The notes under the pieces: generated by a model
Told to the model about the DNA's origin: nothing
Databases searched by the model: none
Seen by the model: the letters and a program-made list of their open reading frames with translations, nothing else
Made by a program: the position numbers and the translations under genes
In this document: piece after piece, positions 18,142 through 27,194 of the stretch
Layout: each line of letters opens with the position of its first letter
Numbering within the stretch: position 1 is the first letter of the stretch
Origin: an uncultured virus (IMG/VR IMGVR_UViG_3300020595_000024)
Lineage: Duplodnaviria > Heunggongvirae > Uroviricota > Caudoviricetes > Crassvirales
DNA: 64,000 bases
Strand: one strand, 5' to 3'
Virus record (IMG/VR): IMGVR_UViG_3300020595_000024

Positions 18142-18294
18142 ATGGAGCAAGAAGTATTTGATTACTTAGACTTTTTAAGAGAGTCAGGAGTAATAAACAT
18201 GATGGGTGCAACACCATACATCATGGATGAATTCGATACGGACAAATTAGAGGCCCGTAGATTGTTAACCAAGTGGATGAAATCTAAAAGATAA
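18142..18294 (+). CDS. Small phage protein (50 aa, MEQEVFDYLDFLRESGVINMMGA...)
   Basis: Read by hand; fills the gap exactly and its stop overlaps the next ATG; LRESGxxNM resembles a common small phage protein family. Confidence 0.7.
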   Translation: MEQEVFDYLDFLRESGVINMMGATPYIMDEFDTDKLEARRLLTKWMKSKR

Positions 18295-18836
18295 TGTTAG
18301 ATACGATAAGAGAGGTAGTTGAAACTGTGACCATGCTTGATATAAGTAAGGTCACAAGGAAAAGAGAATACATACTCGCAAGAGCGTTGTATTTCTACCA
18401 TGCCAGAAGGGTAACAGGAAGAAGTCTAGAGGCTATAGGCCGAACAATGCACGGGAAAGGACATGATACAGTAATACATGCGTTAGCTAAATTTGACGAG
18501 TATTACCAAGGTTATAAGTTCTTTAGAGATAGTCACTATCAAGTGTGCAAGATACTAGAAGACATAGATAAGACTGTTGTTTTAGAAGAAGACGAATCAT
18601 TAGTTGGTGTAATAAAAGACCAGAACAGGATTCTTCTTATGAAGAACGCAGAACTTAAAGAACAGGTAGCAGAGCTATCTGAAATAAAACAACATGAAAG
18701 AGAAAATGACATAATGACAATGCTTGAAGGTGTACCTGAAGAGCGTGTTCAGTCATTTATTGATAACCAATTGCGAACATTTATACTGTTAGAGAAATCT
18801 AGAGTAGTTCAGCAGTACAAGAAAGACCAGTTATGA
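18294..18836 (+). CDS. DnaA C-terminal (domain IV)-like HTH protein with a coiled coil
   Basis: RKREYILARALYFYHARRVTGRSLEAIGRTMHGKGHDTVIHAL parallels the DnaA domain IV pattern R..Q.AMYL..ELT..SL.EIG..FGGRDHTTV.HA. Confidence 0.7.
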   Translation: MLDTIREVVETVTMLDISKVTRKREYILARALYFYHARRVTGRSLEAIGRTMHGKGHDTVIHALAKFDEYYQGYKFFRDSHYQVCKILEDIDKTVVLEEDESLVGVIKDQNRILLMKNAELKEQVAELSEIKQHERENDIMTMLEGVPEERVQSFIDNQLRTFILLEKSRVVQQYKKDQL

Positions 18837-19060
18837 ACATAAGAAAAGCGAGTGAAGTCTTAGAAGAGCAAATGTATTCTGATACACGTCTAGCAATAGA
18901 GATACAGGATGCAGCTAATGATAAAAGATGCAAAGCGTACGTAAACATAGAGCTAGTTACACCAGAACAAGTAATTAAGCTAAAAGAACTTGGCTATAGT
19001 TTATATAATACAGGTAGTAGGTTAGAGATATCCTGGGAATACGCACAAGATGTCGATTAA
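18833..19060 (+). CDS. Hypothetical protein (75 aa)
   Basis: Overlaps both neighbours. Confidence 0.65.
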   Translation: MNIRKASEVLEEQMYSDTRLAIEIQDAANDKRCKAYVNIELVTPEQVIKLKELGYSLYNTGSRLEISWEYAQDVD

Positions 19061-19886
19061 GAGACAAGAAACTAAGACATTGATTACGAAACCCAACAAT
19101 AATAGTGCTAATGCAATTGCACCTAACATTATTTATGGTTGCTTCGGAGGATGTGTCGGGACGTACTGTTATATGTCTAGATTTAATGGTAAAAGAGTAT
19201 TTGTTAACACAAATGTTGATGATATAGTATCATCAGTATTTAAGTGGGCTGATACTTATAAGAAAGAACCGGATCAACAGGATCCAGTTTACAAAATGGT
19301 AGATGTAGCTTGTAATACAGATTTAGTTCTGATGCAAAAGCATTTACCAATGCCGTTAGAACAGTACCTAAAGATGTATGATGACCACAGTGAGGTCAAT
19401 ACAACTATGGCTACTAAATATCCAGGTCTTCTAAAGTTAGATGTTAATCATTTTGACAAGAAACCAAGGGTACGAGTTAGCTTGATGCCGCAATCTTATT
19501 CTGATATACTAGAGCCAAAAATGCAAAGCATAGAGTCTAGGATCAGAGATATAGACAGACTTAAAAAATTAGGATGGGAAGTACATATAAACTACTCACC
19601 TGTGATTATTTACAAGAACTTTAGACAAGAATATTATGATTTGTTTGAACAAGTAAAGAATGTAGCAGGAGTTAACAAATGTGAAGTTATATTTTTAACT
19701 AATCATCCCATGCAAATGAAAAGAGTAAATGGATTAGCCTCAGAAATGATGGGCAAATCAAATCAAGTAAAGAATGCTGGTGGAGTAATGAGATATCCAC
19801 TAGATTATAAAAGAAAAGCAATTAATATATTCAAAGAAGAGTATGCTAAGTTCTTTAATCTCGAAACAATTAGATATATATTTTAA
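19050..19886 (+). CDS. Spore photoproduct lyase (SplB)-like radical SAM protein
   Basis: GCFGGCVGTYCYM Cys cluster; ACNTD, ATKY, RVRVSLMP, LEP...SIESRI, GWEVHINYSPVI and RY segments follow the SplB family pattern. Confidence 0.75.
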   Translation: MSIKRQETKTLITKPNNNSANAIAPNIIYGCFGGCVGTYCYMSRFNGKRVFVNTNVDDIVSSVFKWADTYKKEPDQQDPVYKMVDVACNTDLVLMQKHLPMPLEQYLKMYDDHSEVNTTMATKYPGLLKLDVNHFDKKPRVRVSLMPQSYSDILEPKMQSIESRIRDIDRLKKLGWEVHINYSPVIIYKNFRQEYYDLFEQVKNVAGVNKCEVIFLTNHPMQMKRVNGLASEMMGKSNQVKNAGGVMRYPLDYKRKAINIFKEEYAKFFNLETIRYIF

Positions 19887-19905
19887 CATAAAAACATAAG
19901 AAAGA

Positions 19906-20688
19906 ATGACAGGAGAAATGATAAAACCAGTAATACAGAAAATAAAGAAAGCAGAGCTTAAGAAACTATTAGAAGAAAAGAATTTACTAGAATTTAACAG
20001 AGATATACAGCCAAGACACGTAGAAAAGATGAGAAACAGTGTAATGGATTGTGGAATACTTAGACTTCCTGTTATAGGAGACGTAAGTGCTTTTGATTCT
20101 AGAGGTAAAGTAATTGTAGATGGTCAGCATCTATGTAAAGCATTAGTTACCGGACCAAAAGGAGTTAACAGTGTTGTTGACGTTATAGTTAAGACATACG
20201 AATCAAAGAAACAACTTATTGATGACATATCTAAACTAAACAATACACAAAAGTCTTGGAATGATGAGAATTATTTAGAAGCTTGGTTTAAGTATGGTAA
20301 GACAAACTATAGTCATTTTACACAATATTACAAATTATATGATTTGTATAACAATAAGTACGATGGTTTACCATGTGGTTTACTTATTGACTTGTATGCT
20401 AGGTCTAAATCAGGATTTAGAGAAGGTACTCTTGAATTTAGAGACGAACAATTTAGTGACAAGCTAACTGATTTGTGTTTTGAACTACAGACTAACCACA
20501 ATAAAGCATCATTTGCATTACACGGATTAAGAGTGTGGGCTTTTGACAGATTAAACTCTAAAAAGACTATTGATTGGACAAAGCTTAAGTCAAGATTGAC
20601 TAAAGCTCTAAGAAATGGAGAAGATAAAAATATACAAGGCAGAGAAGACTTTAGAGACTTTGTTGCCGAAATATACAACTTAATATAA
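19906..20688 (+). CDS. ParB/Srx-like (DGQH) domain protein
   Basis: NRDIQPRHVEKM...LPVI...VIVDGQH...LNNTQKSW. Confidence 0.65.
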   Translation: MTGEMIKPVIQKIKKAELKKLLEEKNLLEFNRDIQPRHVEKMRNSVMDCGILRLPVIGDVSAFDSRGKVIVDGQHLCKALVTGPKGVNSVVDVIVKTYESKKQLIDDISKLNNTQKSWNDENYLEAWFKYGKTNYSHFTQYYKLYDLYNNKYDGLPCGLLIDLYARSKSGFREGTLEFRDEQFSDKLTDLCFELQTNHNKASFALHGLRVWAFDRLNSKKTIDWTKLKSRLTKALRNGEDKNIQGREDFRDFVAEIYNLI

Positions 20689-20744
20689 TAACAATAGACA
20701 CATCAGGAGGGATCTTGGTGTGTCAACTAAAACAAGAAAAAAGA

Positions 20745-20936
20745 ATGATGAAAAGTGATTGCTGTGGAGCTGAACCAAGTAACTTAAGCGAAATGAAATG
20801 TGCAGAATGTTTGGAAAACACCTGCTTTACAGAAGAGTTTGCTGATGGAGATGTAATAAGACACATCCCTGCAGAAGATTTCTCTGAGTGGTTAGAAAAA
20901 GTAGACACAGTAGATATTAAAATAGAAAAACTATGA
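20745..20936 (+). CDS. Small Cys-containing hypothetical protein
   Basis: SDCCGA...CAECLENT; ATG start chosen at MMKSDCC. Confidence 0.6.
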   Translation: MMKSDCCGAEPSNLSEMKCAECLENTCFTEEFADGDVIRHIPAEDFSEWLEKVDTVDIKIEKL

Positions 20937-21139
20937 AAGAAGAAAAAATTACAAGACAAGAGGCCCTTAAGAAAATGGGGAAGTATGCAGCTTTTACAGC
21001 GTTAGGAACTATGATAATGCTAAGCCCTAAACAGGCTCAAGCTCATTCCGTAAATGGTGGAGGCCATGGAATCCACGGTACAGGACCTCACGGAAACAGT
21101 GGTGGAAATAAAGGATACTTTAGAAAAAGAAGAAAATAA
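20933..21139 (+). CDS. Small peptide with a Tat-like/leader N-terminus and a Gly/His-rich core
   Basis: KITRQEALKKMGKYAAFTALGTMIMLSPKQAQA then HSVNGGGHGIHGTGPHG. Confidence 0.7.
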   Translation: MKEEKITRQEALKKMGKYAAFTALGTMIMLSPKQAQAHSVNGGGHGIHGTGPHGNSGGNKGYFRKRRK

Positions 21140-21165
21140 TAATTAATCAACTAAAACTTAAAATT

Positions 21166-21687
21166 ATGAAAATGAATAAACCAAGTAAAAAAGAAAAAGC
21201 ATTAGAAAAGATTGTACAGCTAATATGCGTAGCAATAACAGTGTTTGGAGTACTGTTGTTTGGCTCATGTGAGCCAGCAGGATGTTTAGTGTGTGAATAC
21301 CCATACGTAGACGGAGTTCAGACAGAAATATGTTACGAATACGATTGTAATGACGTATATTATAACTTAGAATCTAACAAATCAAGTACATTAACAGGAC
21401 AGTACTTAAACTACGAGACTCTTGTAGATGGAGTACCTACCGAGCGTGATTTTGTTGCTTATTGGGAGTTTACTCCTAATGCAATTAGATTTCAAGAGGA
21501 TTTTGAACAAGGTAGTGGAATAGTAACTTACAATCAAGTTGCAATTAGTAGATACGAAGGCAACACTTTGTATACACTAGCAGGTACAACTGAAATTCCT
21601 TACGAATTTACAATAGAAGACAATGGAGATATTATTATAACTCACATGTCAGGAGATTACGTAATTACATACAAACTGTCAAATTAA
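21166..21687 (+). CDS. Putative lipoprotein (173 aa)
   Basis: Hydrophobic stretch ending in lipobox-like LFGSC; beta-rich C-terminus. Confidence 0.6.
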   Translation: MKMNKPSKKEKALEKIVQLICVAITVFGVLLFGSCEPAGCLVCEYPYVDGVQTEICYEYDCNDVYYNLESNKSSTLTGQYLNYETLVDGVPTERDFVAYWEFTPNAIRFQEDFEQGSGIVTYNQVAISRYEGNTLYTLAGTTEIPYEFTIEDNGDIIITHMSGDYVITYKLSN

Positions 21688-21935
21688 TGGCAAACCCAAT
21701 AGGACATTTAAGTCACAAGAAATTTAGTGGCTTAACACAAGCAGACAGAATAGATGTATGTGCAGCCTATAATGATTTTAATAAATACCCGGACATGAGA
21801 AGTGATCCGGGTACTTTTAAATTAGAAAGATTTTGGGACTCATGGAATTACGAAGGAGACGGTAAATATGATGCCGATATAGATTATATTAACAATCAGA
21901 GAGATCTGGGCTTGTTAATAACTAAAGACAAGTAA
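21687..21935 (+). CDS. Hypothetical protein (82 aa)
   Basis: TAATG coupling with the previous gene. Confidence 0.65.
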   Translation: MANPIGHLSHKKFSGLTQADRIDVCAAYNDFNKYPDMRSDPGTFKLERFWDSWNYEGDGKYDADIDYINNQRDLGLLITKDK

Positions 21936-21936
21936 T

Positions 21937-22092
21937 ATGAAAAAGAAGATAAAAGCAGCACTAATTTGGCTATCTTTGCTTCCCTATAAAACTATAGAAA
22001 TGGATAACGGAATAATCGCCAAAATATATAGGAACGGAAGGATATTAGCTAACGAAAGGAACAAGAATTATGACAAGCACAAAAATACTTAG
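21937..22092 (+). CDS. Small hypothetical protein (51 aa)
   Basis: Read by hand; starts 1 nt after the previous stop. Confidence 0.45.
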   Translation: MKKKIKAALIWLSLLPYKTIEMDNGIIAKIYRNGRILANERNKNYDKHKNT

Positions 22093-22146
22093 ATTGATTA
22101 TAGCTGCACTTACTATTATTTGGATGTGTAGTTAAAGTAAATTAAT

Positions 22147-22251
22147 ATGGTAACAAAGACAGAAAGTAGACACGAGAAGACTAAAGAGAGAATCTCTAAA
22201 GTAATTAACAGAAGTAAAGCGTGGAGAAGACGCAGAGCTACAAAAAACTAA
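22147..22251 (+). CDS. Small basic peptide (34 aa)
   Basis: Read by hand; tight operon spacing. Confidence 0.4.
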   Translation: MVTKTESRHEKTKERISKVINRSKAWRRRRATKN

Positions 22252-22254
22252 AGA

Positions 22255-22425
22255 ATGAAAACATCAAAAACATCAAAAACAAGTCCAGAAAAAGAGCCTG
22301 CAGCAGCATTAGCTCAAATACCAGTAGATGTGCTTAACCAAGTGTTAGGATATCTTTCAGACAAGCCATTCAAAGAAGTGCAAGGCTTGATAGTAGCTAT
22401 TCAAGAAAACTCTAAGCTAATATAA
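22255..22425 (+). CDS. Small hypothetical protein (56 aa)
   Basis: Read by hand; tight operon spacing. Confidence 0.55.
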   Translation: MKTSKTSKTSPEKEPAAALAQIPVDVLNQVLGYLSDKPFKEVQGLIVAIQENSKLI

Positions 22426-22427
22426 TT

Positions 22428-22598
22428 ATGTTAGGAGAAGCAGAAAGAAAAATGGAATCAGATGACCCTACGCTAAGAGCAATAGGGTTTGGTCAAATGC
22501 ACGTCATAAAAGCTATAAATAAGCTTATACAGATTGACGGGGAAAAAATGACTGACGGAGAGTTAGTCGATGAAATTTATCAATTAATTAACGAATAA
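22428..22598 (+). CDS. Small hypothetical protein (56 aa)
   Basis: Read by hand; tight operon spacing. Confidence 0.55.
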   Translation: MLGEAERKMESDDPTLRAIGFGQMHVIKAINKLIQIDGEKMTDGELVDEIYQLINE

Positions 22599-22603
22599 AT
22601 AAT

Positions 22604-22894
22604 ATGAATTTAGAAATGTTTAAAAATTTAATGGAAGCGATAATCATCTTAGTAGGTGGTTATCTTTTAGTAAGTACTGTTATCTATCTATTGAAAGAAA
22701 GAGAACTTACTTGCAACCCAGCAGAAGCTGAGGTAGATTGTGATTGTAGAGTATACTTCAATAAGAAGAGAAACTACTATTACGCAAAGGCAAGAGATGC
22801 CGCAGGAGACTTACAATACGTCAAGGGTTCGTATGCTAAGTCTGAAGAAGAATGCTTATCTCTTTGCAAAAGAAATTGTAGCTGTTCAGCTTAA
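22604..22894 (+). CDS. Membrane-anchored hypothetical protein (96 aa)
   Basis: N-terminal TM helix, Cys-rich C-terminus. Confidence 0.6.
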   Translation: MNLEMFKNLMEAIIILVGGYLLVSTVIYLLKERELTCNPAEAEVDCDCRVYFNKKRNYYYAKARDAAGDLQYVKGSYAKSEEECLSLCKRNCSCSA

Positions 22895-22904
22895 TTTCTA
22901 AAAT

Positions 22905-22976
22905 TATGTGTTGGTGTAAAAAGTAAGCACATCCTGTCAAAGCAGGAAGGAAATGGTTCACAACCATTACACATAT
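22905..22976 (+). tRNA. tRNA-like cloverleaf with a non-canonical 6-nt anticodon loop (pseudo-tRNA or tRNA mimic)
   Basis: Acceptor TATGTGT/ACACATA, D arm GTGT/GCAC, anticodon arm TCCTG-TCAAAG-CAGGA, T arm AATGG-TTCACAA-CCATT. Confidence 0.6.
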
Positions 22977-23019
22977 CATTGTCCGGCATAGATCGGACAG
23001 TTTAGTTGGTTAGTTTATG

Positions 23020-23048
23020 GGGGAGTTGGAGAACTTCCCCATTTTTTA
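23020..23048 (+). terminator. Intrinsic terminator GGGGAGTT/AACTTCCC followed by a T run
   Basis: GC-rich stem followed by ATTTTTT. Confidence 0.55.
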
Positions 23049-23094
23049 TACGCCAGACTTAACAAAAAACAATTATTAACTAACAACTAAACTT

Positions 23095-23331
23095 ATGAAA
23101 AAAACAGTAAGGAATCTTAAAAAAGGATTCACAGTAGAAATCAAATCAGCTCATGGCACATGCCGTGGAGTTGTACAAGGAACATCAGAGTCATTAGTAA
23201 TATTGACACTGTTAAAGCCAATGACAAGTGAGAAGTCTCACAGTTATCATTGGAGTACAGGAGAATTAAAGTCATTCTTGTACAAGGATATGATAAGTCT
23301 GAAGAGACTAGACTTTAACCAAGTAAACTAA
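23095..23331 (+). CDS. Hypothetical protein (78 aa)
   Basis: ORF with the recurrent leader. Confidence 0.65.
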   Translation: MKKTVRNLKKGFTVEIKSAHGTCRGVVQGTSESLVILTLLKPMTSEKSHSYHWSTGELKSFLYKDMISLKRLDFNQVN

Positions 23332-23524
23332 CAATGTCTACACGTAGTAGATAGGCCGTATGGGTCGAAATATCATTCGCTGAGATGTGGATGGGCAGCA
23401 TGTAGATGCCTTTATGCAAGAAACTGTATAAAGTAGTCGGATAGATAAGACAATGTACAGGGGATCCATAGGGGTCCCCCATTAAATTAAAAAAGTGAAT
23501 TATTAATCAATTAAATATATAAAA

Positions 23525-23848
23525 ATGAGTAAAATCGAAGAAAAGTACGACAAGATTGCAAGCAAAGTAATCAAATTTGCAAAAAAAGCAGACAACATGC
23601 CAGGAGGAAGGTCTCTTGTATTTGTTAGCGGGAACGCTAAAGGAACAGACACTTCAATCGTTGCAGGAGACTTAGAAGTTATTATTACAGCACTAACAGA
23701 GGCTGGATTAAAGGACGAAAAGAATCTTGGAAAAGTTTTAGTTACAGTTGGATTATTATTAGGAGAAAACTCTGAATTTTTAAGAGACTTTAGCTTTAAT
23801 ATGATACAGGAACGTCTTGCAGAGATAAGAAGTGAGCAAAAAAACTAA
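23525..23848 (+). CDS. Hypothetical protein (107 aa)
   Basis: ORF with the recurrent leader. Confidence 0.7.
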   Translation: MSKIEEKYDKIASKVIKFAKKADNMPGGRSLVFVSGNAKGTDTSIVAGDLEVIITALTEAGLKDEKNLGKVLVTVGLLLGENSEFLRDFSFNMIQERLAEIRSEQKN

Positions 23849-25070
23849 GCAGGATTTACAGAGAGATTTAATACAGAGCAGAGCAGTAATTTCATCAACC
23901 AAGCATAAGCATTTGGTTTTGGAATGGAGCACTGGTTGTGGAAAGAGTTTAGCTTCTATTAAAATAATAGAGGCTATTCTCAAAGACAACCCGTCAGCTA
24001 CAGGCTACATAGTATGTAAGGAGAGCACACACAAAAAGAATTGGATAGATGATGTTAAGAAGCATGGTTATGGCCATATATTAAATAACATAACTTTGTT
24101 ATTGTATGCATCAGCCAAGAAGATGAGTAAGTGTGATTTTATAATACTAGATGAATGCCACGGATTAACTCCTAAAAGGATGGCAGTAATAAAAAACTTT
24201 GTTGACAAGAATACCGCTGTAATATACCTATCCGCTACAATTGAGAAGCAGAAAAAGTATTTAATTTCTGAAATCGCAAGATATACAGAAAAGTATTACA
24301 AGATATCTTTGTTAAAAGCAATAGAGTTAGAATTACTGCCTGAACCTGAAATTGTTATTCACAGGGTTAAACTTGAGAACAACAGTACAAGGAACAATGT
24401 ATTCTTAATGAAGAAAGGTACAGCCACGAAAGCACACAAAGCAGAATGTGATTACCATCAGCGATGGGACGTGTTTGGCAGGTACCAGAATATACATTTA
24501 AGCGTACGTTGTAACGAGCAGGAGTATTATGATTTAATTACAGACCAGATGAACTATAATCTAGAAATGTCTAGATCTGGCCCAACAGCTATGAGGACGC
24601 CATGCAAAAATAAGTTTCTAAACCTTGGTTCAAAAAGGAAGAAGTTTATTGCAAAGGCTAAGTCAGCAAAAGCTAGGAGGCTTGTCGAAGAGTTTAGGTC
24701 TGAATCATATAGATTCGTATGCTTTACAGGTTCTATAGAACAATCTGTAATGCTTGGATCAGAGAGCTCTGTAAATTCGAAGAACAGCAAAGAGTACAAC
24801 CAGGAATTGATTGACTGTTTCAACAGGCAAGATTGTTCTGAGTTGTTTGCTGTTAAGATGTTAAGGGAGTCTGTAAATCTTACAGACATACAGAAAGGAA
24901 TTGTAGTTCAGCTAGATAGCACTATAGGTTCTTTCTACCAAATGCTAGGTAGGTGTTTGAGGCATGAGTTTCCTCAAATGCATTTATTAATATTGGAAGA
25001 CACTCAGGATGAAGTATATTTTGCTTCAGCAATGAAAGATTTCGATCTAAAATTTATTAAAGATGAATAA
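23832..25070 (+). CDS. Superfamily 2 helicase
   Basis: Walker A STGCGKS, DECH, SAT, motif VI QMLGRCLR. Confidence 0.88.
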   Translation: MSKKTKQDLQRDLIQSRAVISSTKHKHLVLEWSTGCGKSLASIKIIEAILKDNPSATGYIVCKESTHKKNWIDDVKKHGYGHILNNITLLLYASAKKMSKCDFIILDECHGLTPKRMAVIKNFVDKNTAVIYLSATIEKQKKYLISEIARYTEKYYKISLLKAIELELLPEPEIVIHRVKLENNSTRNNVFLMKKGTATKAHKAECDYHQRWDVFGRYQNIHLSVRCNEQEYYDLITDQMNYNLEMSRSGPTAMRTPCKNKFLNLGSKRKKFIAKAKSAKARRLVEEFRSESYRFVCFTGSIEQSVMLGSESSVNSKNSKEYNQELIDCFNRQDCSELFAVKMLRESVNLTDIQKGIVVQLDSTIGSFYQMLGRCLRHEFPQMHLLILEDTQDEVYFASAMKDFDLKFIKDE

Positions 25071-25626
25071 AGTAGAGATTGACTTTGATACGTTGAGAGA
25101 AAACAATCTGTCCATAAATGAGTATTTAGCTTTGTATAATGTAGTGTGTGGTAATTGTGTAGCAGAATTTTTTGTTGCAGAACAATCACACCTAGATTCG
25201 TTAGAAAAGAAAGGTTTTATAAAGATAATAGGCAACAAGACTGCTCTCAGAGAGTCTGCTAAAGATCTATTTAAGATAAAAGAAGACTATTTCCTTAAGT
25301 GGTTAAATTCTTACCCGATAAGAGTAAGAAAGACCACAGGAGGCTCAAGAGTTCTTAGTCCAGCATCTGACGAGACTATAGAAGGCAAGAGACTTAGAAA
25401 GAAATGGAAAACTATGTTTAAAGGGAATCCTAAAGCTGAAGAGAAAGCTATAAGAGTCCTTGAGGCAGAAGTTCTAATGAGAAAGAAAGCTAATGACTTA
25501 GAATATATGGTCGAGGCTGCTAGATGGCTAAATGGAGGCTATCACGAGAAGTACGAATACTTGCTCGAAGAGAAGACTGACGTTACTAATGGTATCGTAG
25601 ACAGTTATGAAGAAGATTGGAACTAA
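25063..25626 (+). CDS. Putative replication initiator/helicase-loader-like protein
   Basis: Directly upstream of dnaB; FLKWLNSYP and ARWLN segments resemble phage replisome-organiser C-termini. Confidence 0.5.
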   Translation: MNKVEIDFDTLRENNLSINEYLALYNVVCGNCVAEFFVAEQSHLDSLEKKGFIKIIGNKTALRESAKDLFKIKEDYFLKWLNSYPIRVRKTTGGSRVLSPASDETIEGKRLRKKWKTMFKGNPKAEEKAIRVLEAEVLMRKKANDLEYMVEAARWLNGGYHEKYEYLLEEKTDVTNGIVDSYEEDWN

Positions 25627-25641
25627 CTTAATGTAGAGAAG

Positions 25642-26811
25642 ATGGAAGAAGAGAAGAATATAGGTAAAGTACAGCAAAGGGTTGATCAGTTAGTTGGAAT
25701 AAAAACAGATAAAGACAGCGGTAAGTTGTTTTGTGTGCCATTCCAGAACTATCCTAAGCTTGCTACATCTATACCAGGAATTGTTCCTGGCATGATTACA
25801 ATGATAACTGCAGGTTCAGGGGTCGGTAAAACACAAGTAACTAAGGCACTTGCTGTTCGAGAACCTTTAGAGTACGCAGTTAAGCACGGACTTAAGATCA
25901 AGATATTTTATTTTGCTCTGGAAGAAAGTAAGCAAGAATTTATTGACACAATGATATGTAACTATGTATCTCAGAAGACAAACACAAGAATTGATATACT
26001 TACGTTGCAGGGTTATAGAGAGAAATCTATAGATTCTAAGACTTTGTTATTGATTCAGACTTATGTTGAAGAGATAGAAGAGTTGCTTGAAAGTGTGGAA
26101 GTAATAGATTCTGTTTATAATCCAACAGGTATTTACAAATATTGCCGTGATTACGCAGATAAGAATGGTACACATACATTTGAAGACAGAGAATTTATCA
26201 AGAAGAAGAAGGATGGCACAACAGAGACAGTTAAACACAAAGTTTACTCTAACTATACGCCAAATGATCCTAATCAGATAAATATTGTTATTGTAGACCA
26301 CATGAGTTTGCTTACGCCAGAAAAGAATAAAGATTCTGGCTATATGATGAATCAACATCAGACTATGGCACATTGGAGTACTAATTATGCGTTAAAGCAG
26401 ATTACGAAACATTGGAACTGGGCTGTTGTTAATGTTATACAGCAAGAACAATCAGGGGAACGAGAACAATTTACTTTGAAAGGTGATAGTATACAGAAGA
26501 AAACAGAACCATCATTAGCAGGATTCGCCAATAACAAGGAAATTCAGCGTGATGCAAAAGTAGTCTTAGGTGTATATGCTCCAGACAGGTATGGATTCGA
26601 AGAGTATCATGGTTATGATATAAGAAAGATGCGAGATACATTCAGGGCCGTTAAGGTTTTGAAGAATCGTTTTGGTCCGCCAAATGCGTATCATCATTTC
26701 TTATTTGACGGTGCAACAAATAGATTTAAAGAACTGCCAAAGGCAAGTGAGGGTCACTTAATGACGAAGTTTTATCAAGCTTCTGATATTTTGCTAGGCA
26801 GAACTAATTAA
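25642..26811 (+). CDS. dnaB: DnaB-like replicative helicase
   Basis: TAGSGVGKT, YFALEE, VIVDHMSLL, IQRDAKVVLG, LKNRFG. Confidence 0.88.
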   Translation: MEEEKNIGKVQQRVDQLVGIKTDKDSGKLFCVPFQNYPKLATSIPGIVPGMITMITAGSGVGKTQVTKALAVREPLEYAVKHGLKIKIFYFALEESKQEFIDTMICNYVSQKTNTRIDILTLQGYREKSIDSKTLLLIQTYVEEIEELLESVEVIDSVYNPTGIYKYCRDYADKNGTHTFEDREFIKKKKDGTTETVKHKVYSNYTPNDPNQINIVIVDHMSLLTPEKNKDSGYMMNQHQTMAHWSTNYALKQITKHWNWAVVNVIQQEQSGEREQFTLKGDSIQKKTEPSLAGFANNKEIQRDAKVVLGVYAPDRYGFEEYHGYDIRKMRDTFRAVKVLKNRFGPPNAYHHFLFDGATNRFKELPKASEGHLMTKFYQASDILLGRTN

Positions 26812-26828
26812 TTAAAAAACAAAAACAA

Positions 26829-27194
26829 ATGGGATTAGATATGTATGCGTACAGACGCAAAAAAGGAGCATCTAAGAAAGATCCTGAGCAAATTATGTAT
26901 TGGCGTAAGCACAATAGATTGCACGGGTGGATGGAGCAGTTATGGAGAGAAAAAGGAAAAAATGTAGAAGGAGATTTTAATTGCGTAAGACTTAGACTTA
27001 AGATGAAAGATCTCAATAGGTTAGCTAAAGACATTGCTAATCAGAATTTTCCTGAAACTAAAGGATTTTTCTTTGGTAGTGATTCTTATGAAGACTATGT
27101 TGAGTATTATATGGAAGATGATGTAGAATTCCTTTGGGCAGCTTATTCAGCTATCGAACAAGGAGATAGAGTGTACTATGATAGCTGGTGGTAA
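26829..27194 (+). CDS. Conserved phage hypothetical protein (MGLDMY...YWRKHN...GFFFG family)
   Basis: Recognisable motif pattern; function unknown. Confidence 0.75.
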   Translation: MGLDMYAYRRKKGASKKDPEQIMYWRKHNRLHGWMEQLWREKGKNVEGDFNCVRLRLKMKDLNRLAKDIANQNFPETKGFFFGSDSYEDYVEYYMEDDVEFLWAAYSAIEQGDRVYYDSWW

